Assembly: GCA_012295275.1 (NCBI GenBank)
Contig: CM022673.1
Coordinates: forward strand, 11,718,001 to 11,782,000
Direction: 5' to 3'
DNA length: 64,000 bases
From: Chrysomallon squamiferum
Taxonomy: Eukaryota > Animalia > Mollusca
Numbering within the stretch: position 1 is the stretch's first letter; each line of letters starts with the position of its first letter. This document shows, piece by piece, positions 37,425 to 48,616 of this stretch. The notes beneath the pieces were generated by a model. That model did not search any database, was not told the DNA's origin, and saw nothing but the letters and a program-made list of their open reading frames with translations. Position numbers and translations under genes: made by a program.

Positions 37425-37459
37425 TAAAGAATAACAAAAATAGGAATTTAGTGACAGAG

Positions 37460-37519
<60 letters not shown>

Positions 37520-38170
37520 CGAATTTGGAAGAGCAATGTTTTTTTTTCTTGTTCAATTTTCTTTATTTACGGTGAGTTTGGACTTAAAACTATATGACTA
37601 AACAAGTATTAACACCGGTCTCCTTTTGACATTTTGCGTAACATTTGAAACGAACCCAGCAGAACAAGAAATAACGTGATTTCATTGGCTGGTACGAAGT
37701 AAATACATACTATCGTCTGCACAGATGCTTTCAACTTCGCGCCCTTTAGTACTCGCTGTCAACATCTAGTTACTAGGTTTGCCGGAGAGTGGCGTGTTTA
37801 CTCTAGAGGTGGAATTCACGCAAATCGTGATGTGGACGGATACAGTTTGAACCGTGTCAATTTAAATTTTTAATTTAATTTTATTTTTTTATTTTAAGAA
37901 AAGAAATCATGGATTCGTTTGGGCTGTGTAAGAAGACGCACTGGGAACCAAAAAAAGTAAAACCCAGAAAAACAACCAATGAATATTAGCGCCTACATTA
38001 TGTTATAAATTTACTTGTCTGTTTTCCCACTGTTTTGTTTACTATTTATTTGTAATAACTGAAGTAAACCCAGTTCTACACCTCACAAAATCCAGTATCA
38101 AAAAAAAAATAAAAAAAAAAAAAAAAAAATACAAAAAAAAAAACAAACCCCCAAAAAAAAACGGTCCTCC

Positions 38171-38212
<42 letters not shown>

Positions 38213-41200
38213 AAAACTACTAAAAAACCACAACAAAAAACAACGACAACAAAACAAACAAAAAAAAACCCTCTTATATCTCACCGAGAACACCTATAAT
38301 AACACCAGCCTACAATCACCTTCATCACAAATATTTTTGAAAAGAAACAAAATCAGTCACCATCATAGACTCATCCAGAAAAAAAAATCCCTAACAGCCA
38401 AAAAAAAAAAAAGTTAAAAAAAACCCCCAAACAACTGAAAGAAAAAAACACCGCGAAGAACCACAAACAACTGACAAAAAACGGAGAGGTGCGGACGATC
38501 AACGCTAAGTCATCCTGAAAGCAGGCGAGTTTCAAACTGGATTAATTAAAGGTTTTGTTGGACAGATAGACAGACAGACCTACATCAAAAGAACAAGAAA
38601 AATCGTGGCGGCCCTCTGTGTACCACAGCTAACAGAAATGTCTCGAATAGTTTCTTTGTTTGGTCTTAGTTAACAAATTTCGCCAGCGACTCCATACGAA
38701 GGGAGGTGAATATTGATACAAACGTTACGCTGGCGTTGAACAGGCTGCCGATGTTGTCGTTCTAGATAGAAAAGTTAAATGTTTGTGCTAGCGAAGCTAG
38801 GTGACATGACAGTTATAGGGTTAATGAGTTCAGGAACCTTTTGTGTTTTGATCGTGTGTTAAGACTAAAAATAAAAAACAACAATAACAGAAATAAAAAA
38901 ATAAATAATAAAAAAGTGAAATAATATAAAAATAAAATATAATAATGTCAAAAAAAAAAAAAAATATAATAATAAAAAAATAAGGATATATTTTTTTTTT
39001 GTCTTAATTATACCTTGAAATAAACAAATGATAAAATCTAACTCACCGCTGATATTATATTTTTGAAAAAAAAATGAAAAAAAAAAAGAATAAAAAAGTA
39101 AACACAATCGTAACGATTACGGCAAATTATTCAACAAAAACAAATAAAAGAAAAAAAGAATTTAGCTGTAATAAGTAAAGAATCTATATTTATTTATCGG
39201 GTGTGTGTAAAACGTCGGGTCCATTAGATCTATACGACATGAATACAGTTTCACATAAGAAAACAATCCAGTCTTTTTACGTGACTGTAACAGTTAAGTG
39301 TAAGTAAATCCAGTTACTGTAATAACGTAATTAAAACGAAACGTGGGATGAGTAAAACGTATATATAAGTGTTAAAAATAACTGACTGTAAACTCTTCGT
39401 CATATTTATAATTATCCTTCAATATAAAACATGGTTAAGAGAAAAATTTCTATTACTCATAATAAAGAGATCCGTTTAAGGATTTAGATGGATTTTTTAT
39501 ATATATATTTTTTAATTTGTTTTGCAGGACTTCGGCGTATATACATAAATAAGTATATGCCTACATACATACAAACATACACCCGTGAGTGTCTGTATAC
39601 AATGTATACAGCATAATGATTAAATAAGAAAACCCGCCCTCGGTTATAAGCTGTTTTTATCTATTAAAAGAAAAAGAAAGTCTTTTACGTAAGAACAGAT
39701 ATAATATGGCATTTGAAAGAAAAAAAAAAAAAAAAAAAAAATAAGTAAATAAATAAAAATAAAAAAAAAGGAGAACAACAACAACAAAATAATAATAATA
39801 ATAAAAACATTTAATAAAAAAAAAATAATAAAAAAAATAATAGAAAAAAAAAAATTAATAATAAAAATGTATAGAAAAAAAATATAATAATAAAAATCCA
39901 GTTTCCTGCGAGAGGGTTTGATCCTATTCGTCACTGGGCCGCGCACTGTGCAGAATGAACTAGGACACGTCTGCGTTCTTCAAGTCAGTCTTTTGGAGGT
40001 GAACTTTCATATTTAGCTCTAAAAAGACGTTTAAATAAATGAAAATTTTCACAGACGAGAATATTCCCTTTCAAACATGCACCGTGTACACAAGTTATTG
40101 TGGGATCAGGGCTCAAGCTGTCCTGCGTTTGTAGACAAATATTGACACATTGCAACAAAAGGTTGTCTGGCTACAAAGTTTTTAAAAATTTCTTCAAAAA
40201 TAAAAAAAATAATGGCAACATTGTAAACGAAATTTTTTTTTTTTTTTTCTTTAAATTTGGTTTTCTGGTAACAGCAGTGAAGGAAAGTTTTGTTAACATG
40301 AAGAGGGTGAAAGTGGATTTGCTTTTGTTTTATTGGTTTTATTGTGATTTGGGTGCAGATATCCGAGAGAAAAAAAAAAAAAAAAAAATAGTAATATAAC
40401 AAAAGAAAAAGAAAAGAAAAAAAAAAACACAAAAAAAAAAAAAAAAAAAAGAACAAAAGCAACAAACAATAATAATAATACCCCCCCCCAAAAAATAAAA
40501 TAAAATAAAACAAAAAAACAAATCCACTTCTGAAAACAATAAAAAGTAAATAAGAAAAATGTAATATTAAAATATACAAATTTAAACTTATTAAAACTTA
40601 TGTAAATAATAATAATAACAGCAATAGCGATACCAGTACAAGTAACAATAACAACAATGATAATGATGATGGTGATGATGATGATGATACAAATACTAAT
40701 ACTATTACTAATACTAATGATAAAGGTCTTGTGTAAAATCAAAGTATGATATTAATGTCTGATTAATCAGTATGAAATTAGATGATTTTTTTTACCAGTG
40801 ACAAAGCACACATTTTACACAGGAAAGACGCTGACGTAGGGTAGACGCTACTTCCGTTTCTTGTCACACGTTCTACTTCCGGTCATTATTTTTATTCGTC
40901 AAGGTTGTGTTCGGGCGTTGTTTCCGAATCATGCAAACTAATGTCTCTTTTTAGAATTCTTATAAGATAACGTAAAACGTATTTTTAGTTATCTTCTGAA
41001 TTATATTATTATTTGAATTAGTTAGCAGAATTCATGTGAACAAGATGATATGTCGCATAATTATATTTTCCAAAAATCAGAATGATGACAGTTTAACCTT
41101 TTTTTTTAAAAGATACAACTGAAATGCCACTATTCTGCTGAATATAAAGAATATTTTTATGCCTATTTTATTAGTTGATTCACAAGATAAAAATAATTTC

Positions 41201-41251
41201 AGTGTAAGTACGAAGTTTTGGAATGTAGACAGTTAATATTTCAGTCATCCG

Positions 41252-41331
<80 letters not shown>

Positions 41332-41753
41332 GTAAAATTATAACTTGATTATATATCAACCCTAAAATATAACGTCATTTGACTATCTCTTCGTCATGTA
41401 TTGTTTATTATTATATATACTATCTCTTCAGCGGTTTCTATGGTGACGTCAGTGAAGGGGTCATGCCAGAGTGACGTCAATGGGTGTACAACAACGTTCC
41501 AGCTCAAACTCTACAAAGACAGTGCCGCAGTGTGTTCGTAAGTTACTTTTCAGAAGATAAAACACAGAGCTAGATTGATATACGTTATTAATTTTTGTGG
41601 GTACTAAACTTCCTTTTGATTCTGCTTTGTACGGATATACAGTTTTGTTAATTATTCCATGCTTTTGTGCACTGAAACCGAAAAATATACTAGAACTGTA
41701 GAATGACAGTTACATTGTTGTATCAATTAGAAAAAAAGACAAATCAAGGAACG

Positions 41754-41793
<40 letters not shown>

Positions 41794-41870
41794 AAAAAAA
41801 AGAAGAAGAAAAAAAAAAAAATGAAACCAAAAGAAAAAGAGGAAGCAACAAAGAAATAAGAAGAAGAAGG

Positions 41871-41909
<39 letters not shown>

Positions 41910-44886
41910 TCAAAGTCAAAATTAGAAAAAAGCAGTGTTAAATAATTACGTATAATAATTTGTAGTGTTAGGTAACCTTTGTAGTCATTTCTAACTAAGT
42001 TGTTTGCGTCTGTGGAACTTAATCATATCTGAATAAGCCTCAGGTGAATATTGATTTTGAGAAAAAAAAAGTATTTTAAAACAGACATAATAAAAACAGA
42101 CGGCCCACTGTTTATCCAGAATAGATACTCTTCGAAGGCCAACATTTTGTGGCATAAAAAACGTTTGTGTAATTTTATACGTTAATAAACAAACAAACAA
42201 ACAAACAAACAAACAAATACATTTTAAAATAAATAAATAATTAAATAAATAAATCATAATAAAATAACAAAAAAAAAAAAATAGATAAAAATAGATAGAT
42301 TCAGATTGAAATAGTTAGAAAATCATAAATGGATAATATAATATAATTAAAAAAAAATAAATATAAAATAATATAATATAATATAATATAATATAATATA
42401 ACATAACATAACATAATATAATATAATATAATAAATAAATAAATAATCTTGATTAGTTAAGGTCATTCTCAAAATATTTAAGAATGAGTTAGTTGACTAA
42501 TGAAATTCAATCAATGAAAACAAAATTTGAAAATATATATTTTTTTCTTGAGGTCACTGAACGAGTTCGTGCAGTGTACGTACACTGTACTGCAGCCTTG
42601 TAGCATCGACACCCGAACTCTTCTTCAAACAGGAATCCAGTTTCTCATCAACCAGTACACGCAACCACCCAATAACTGTGTCGTGGGTAAGTACTTAAAT
42701 AACCATTTAGTAAACTGTAAGTCATTCAAAACACACAACCAGCAACAGCAATCACCTAATAACTGTGTTGTGGGTAAGTACTTAAATAACCATTCAGTTG
42801 TAGTTAAAAACTGTAAGTCATTCAAAACACACAACCAGCAACAGCAATCACCTAATAACTGTGTTGTGGGTAAGTACTTAAATAACCATTCAGTAACTGT
42901 AAGTTATTCAAAATACACAACCAGCAACAGCAACCACCTAATAACTGTGTTGTGGGTAAGGCCTTCCAAACACACAGTCATAATCCTCAACCATTTAATA
43001 ACCGTATTAATGGTAAGGTCTTTTAAAATCACAGCTACAATACGCAACTATCTTTTAACTGCGTTTTAAAAACACAACCACGATTCTCAACCATTAAAGA
43101 ACTTGTAAGTCTTTCAAGACACAGAATCACTACGCGCAATCATTTAATAATCTGTTTTGTGAAAAAGTATTTCCAAACAAACAACCATAACTTTCAGCCA
43201 TTTATTGTAGGTACGTTTTTCAAAGCATACAACCACACTTCTCAACCATTTAATAATGTGTTGTTGCAAGTCTTGCAAAGCATACAGTTATAACTCTAAA
43301 ATTAAGAAGAGTTCTGGACAGATAAAATGTAACTAAATATTCTGTTACAGTTAAAACCAGACGTATCACGAATATCCTGTTATCTCTAGTCCTTAAAATC
43401 ACAAAACCAGACAAAATCAGAGTAGATAAGTTTTTAAAAAAAACATAACCACTTAAATATTGCATTCTAAGTACTTTATAAACAAAAAACAATCTAATAA
43501 AATACGATGTGTTGTAGAAAAGTTCGTAAAACTCGCTACCATCTAAATATTGTATTATAAGAAAAACAAAAACACATTCATCTATGTTGTAAATAAGAAT
43601 ATAAAACATTTACGTATTATATTGTAAGCCCTTATAATCAGTCACATAACAATTTAATGTAAATGGCTTAGGGAAGTTCATACAAAGCACCGTCATCAAT
43701 TTTAAAAATAACCACCTCAAAACTGTGTTTTATAGATATCTCCTTATAAACATGTTTTCTCTACTTCTTTCAATTTTTCCTTTCCTTCCTTCCTTCGTTC
43801 CGCTCTTCCTTCGTTCTTTGCTTCACTCGTCAATTAATTATGATTATGAACTGACTGCAGAAGACGTGGGCAACTACACAGTAGACAAGTGTACTGAGGA
43901 GATCTCCTACTGTGCGGCTTACAACTTCAACGGACTGGATTCAACAGATGATATCGAACAGGCCTGCAGGCGAGTTTATAACTTAATTTGAAATTATTAT
44001 AAATTTAAAACAAGTGTAGGATGTTGTTGTTTTCTCGATAAGTACTTTATTGAAGCATTATATAAGAACAACTGTAAATTAAATGGATAGTTTATACATA
44101 TATATATATAAAATTATATATTTAGCTCTTTAAATTGAAAAAATCATAACTCTAGATCAAATCTGTCTATATAGACTTTTTGGATTAGCCGGAATAATAT
44201 TTGGTCATTTTGAACTGCTTTTAAAGAATAATTTTCCGTTATGATTAATCCTACATTATAACTGTTATTTAAACCAAGCTGATATGTAAGTTATACAACT
44301 GTATTTTATATATTGTTATTTTTTTATTTTTTGTTCAGATATTTTCATATTTATCTGCAATGTATGTCCACCAACACAACAAGCTGCAGCAAGGATGAAG
44401 AGGTGGAAATTCAAACAGCCATTCAGAACTCAGTGAAAAAATTCAGAAAGTGTCCTTATGGATGTGACACAAGTAAGTTAATTACAACAACAACAACATC
44501 AGCAACAGCAGTAAGAAATACTACTGTTACTGCCATCTATAAAGATTTACTTTCAAATAGAAGATAATTTAAAAGCAAAGAAAAAAAAATGAACAAATAA
44601 ACAGATAAAGAAAGAAAGAAACAAATAAATATTAAATAAATAAATACATAAATAAATAAATAAAAATAAAAATAAATACCATTCAATTTAAGGAATAAAC
44701 ACACAAACAGAAAACGGTCAAACATACACACAAACAAACAAATAATTAGATAAATACCATTCAATATCTTTCAGTTTAAGTTAATAAGGAATAATAAACA
44801 ATACATGACGTAACAAACGTCTTACGTCATCCGATAATGACGTTTACATTTTCCCGAAAGGGTTGATTGCCACTGTATTTTCAGCT

Positions 44887-44945
<59 letters not shown>

Positions 44946-45403
44946 TTTTTCACTTTGGTAAAGATACTGTTTTAGGTTATAACAACAATCTGTGTTTCTA
45001 AACAAGTCAGTTATTAGACACTTAATATTTTTAGACTTAATAATACGCTTATGCTAAGTTTGTGTTGTATGTTTGTATTTTCCAAGTGTTTGAAAATTAA
45101 TCATTTATATTTATTTTAGATTTTAAATTATATTTAGTGTTTTCCTTTTTTCAGATATAGAATGTGAAACCAAAGGTGAGTTTTTATTATTTATTTATTT
45201 ATGTATTTATATGAAACAAATGATATTCTGAAAATTACACATGCAAAATTTAGATCCGATCTCGTTTTCTTAAATACAACTAATTTTATACTACGTGTTG
45301 GTTCGACAAATCGCACAGTGAGAACTCGGCTTAACCTAGTTATATTTCTAAAGAATTTATTAATTTATTTATTTTTAAAATGTATTTGGTATTTATTTAT
45401 TTA

Positions 45404-45453
<50 letters not shown>

Positions 45454-47049
45454 TTTTATATATGCAATACTGTCAACAAAAGATTAATATTAAATATGCT
45501 TGTTATTTTTCATTGTTTTTTTATTAATTTTAAAAAAAAATTCTAAAGAACTTAGATATATATTTTTTTTAAATTATTATTATTTTTTTTATTTTTACTT
45601 TTTAAATTTTAAAATAAATTTTTAAAAGTTATTAATCTTAAACAAAAATGAAAAGTGTAAAATCGATAACTGATTGTTTATAATATTTGTATAATTTTAT
45701 TTTTTAATATGTTTTATTTATTAATTATTTTAAGTTCCACAAGTTACCGGTAAGAAAAATATTTACGTTAGGTGTTTTGTTTTGCATAATACTGCATGCG
45801 TAGTGGTACAAAATTGGATTACGTACTATTTACTGCACTTTTCTGATTGCTAAAACTGTAGAAGCTGATTTTTCGTAGTAGAGTAGTAAGCGGTAAACAT
45901 AGTTGTTAGAAAAAGGGTTTTGGCGCATGCGTTGGTCATATTTGATTGACATCCGATTCTAAAATGTAACGTCCGATTAAAAGACTGGGCATCCTATAAC
46001 GAAAAGAATTACCGTATCTAAAATATGAGTATATCTCAAAAAATCTAAAATAAAATAAAATAAAATAAAATAAAATAAAAATAAATAAATAAATAAATAA
46101 ATAATTAGATAATTTGATTTTGTTTTAGATATGTTATACAAACAAATTTAGCAAGTTAAACATTTTAAGGAATCCGAATAAAAATCGGTACGTTTCATCA
46201 AATTGGAAGTTATCAACTGGCCAAATGATTTTGATTTGGGCAAGATATTTTTCTTTTCTTAGAAGAGCATGTGTTTTGGGGGATTAATACAAGTTTGAAA
46301 ATCTTATTATTAACATATTCGACACCACGGAATTTTTAACTATTAGACTCAAATATCTCAACATTTTTTGGACAGTCCGATAATTTCGAATTTCTTATAT
46401 CGGAGTCCCATAAAATATAATCTAATCATTGTACAATCAGTCTCCAAAACATCGGCTTTTTGATTAAGAAAAAAACATACTTTGGCATAAGACTATTTAT
46501 ACAAATATCTTTTATATATAACACTTATGTTTGTTGCATAAAGTATACTATTATTATGAGCTATTGGATAATATTATTTATATTTGTGGAGTATTTTTTG
46601 TTTGTGTTTGTATCCAAGTTTGTTACAGCACTGTAACACAGCTAATAACGGAAACTGCAGCGATGTACACGATGGACACAATGACGTCATCAGGTAAGCT
46701 GACATCTCTTCGTATTGCATAACAATGAGTGAAATGGAATCGCTAACTGTCAGTGCCTAAATGAATTAATTTCTTTACAATAAAAACGATGCAGACACTG
46801 AAGTTATTTGCTGTTAATTAATTAATTAATTAATTAATATTTGTTTTAATCAGAAATGAAAACTTCTTCTTTTACTTCTATTTACAACAAAATAAGTTTA
46901 TAACTAACTCTTGACCTCCGAAATCGGACTTTTTCGCGTTTCAGCCAGTTCTGCGTGCATTAAATCAGTTAATAAAATATTATAAATATATTCTCTATGT
47001 GTTAAATGAAAGAAATATATAAAATTCGCTCTAGCCAAAACTATGAATT

Positions 47050-47090
<41 letters not shown>

Positions 47091-47579
47091 TTTTAACAGT
47101 TATTATTATTTTTATTTTTGTTACTAACTTCTTGAACTAATTTGTTTTGATTTTAGACTTAATCTCGGTCGTGGATTCGACTTTAATGCATTCAAAACCA
47201 CAATTAGAATCGTCAGAGTCGGCTGACTTCTTGATGTCGTCGCAGTCGGAGATAATGACACCATCATTCACAGCGTGGTCGGGGTCACAAACATCCTTTG
47301 AACTAGACACAATTATATCACACACAGATACAAAATGGTCCGAGAATGTAGACGTATCTTGGTCCGGTGTTTTGCTCCCATCCGACATTACTACTTCCGT
47401 ACCATACATCATATTTCCTAGTCGGAGTTATCGAACCTTTGTTATTACTGTCAACTGTTCAGGTTATTACGAATATTAAGAAAAAAAAAAAAAAAAAATC
47501 TTTCAGAATCTTTAAGTATTTAAGAAATTTATGAAAACAGTAGCTTTCGTAGCAATATTAATGTAATATATTTCACCTT

Positions 47580-47640
<61 letters not shown>

Positions 47641-48583
47641 TGATGTTTTAAAAGAATTTCCCATCTTTTCTAGATAATCGCTTTATTTGACAAATTATTA
47701 CTTATATATATTTAAATAAAATAAATGACAAAACGATTTTTGCCACTCCAGTAATGTTTTAAACGTTTTAGAAAATAAGTTAAATTACTTTTTAGAAGAT
47801 TAAATACATTTTTTCTTGCAAATATTTTTTTTTCTCTCATCCTGTTCATCTTTCTCTCTGTGTCCATGTATTCTCCTCCGTCTCTGTTTGTCCACGTCAT
47901 ATTCATTCACCGTACCATAAACAGTTCATTGCAATAGAATATAATTTTCTCACTTTAAACTGCTTTGTTTATTTTTGATTTTAATATCTCTGATCTTTTT
48001 CAGCATATATCTATAAATAATTTGACATTATTTAAATTACATATATAATGGTTGAGGTTGCAGCTGTCTATGAATGAAGGTGATGGTAATGCTAAACAAT
48101 TTTGGTTAAAAATAAGTCTATATTCTAATAAGGTTTGTAATCTTTATACTTTTTTTTAACAAGGTATATAATTATTTCATTAATAGAGTTATTGTGGAGT
48201 AAAAAGATAATTTTTATTATTTCTCTTTCTCTAATCGTTAGTGTGAAACGTAGAAAATTATTTTGAAACGAGAAATAATTTTTTGACTGAAGTTTTGTTC
48301 CATGGCACGACTTGGTTTAAAATTATGGTCTAGGGGAAACAACTCTTGTAACCTTACTGAATAAATAGTTGTCTTGTTGAAATATCCTTTTTACTGATAT
48401 ACGTACCTCAAAACTCTCGTGATTTATACTTATTTCTGATAACATTAACAGTTATATTTGATGCTTATTTTTCATACACTTTATATTAAAACAGCTCCAG
48501 CGTATTCTAACGCTCTTTTATCTTTTTAATAAACTTTATTACAATTCTTCGTCCGACTGTTTAATTACATTCAACTTTAATTT

Positions 48584-48616
<33 letters not shown>

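Noticed and set aside
42527-43069. 180-aa repetitive ORF as a stand-alone gene, or the repeats as a CRISPR array
   Set aside because: Starts at TTG inside an intron and is explained by exon 3 plus a tandem repeat; the units have no unique spacers and there are no cas genes in this eukaryotic context
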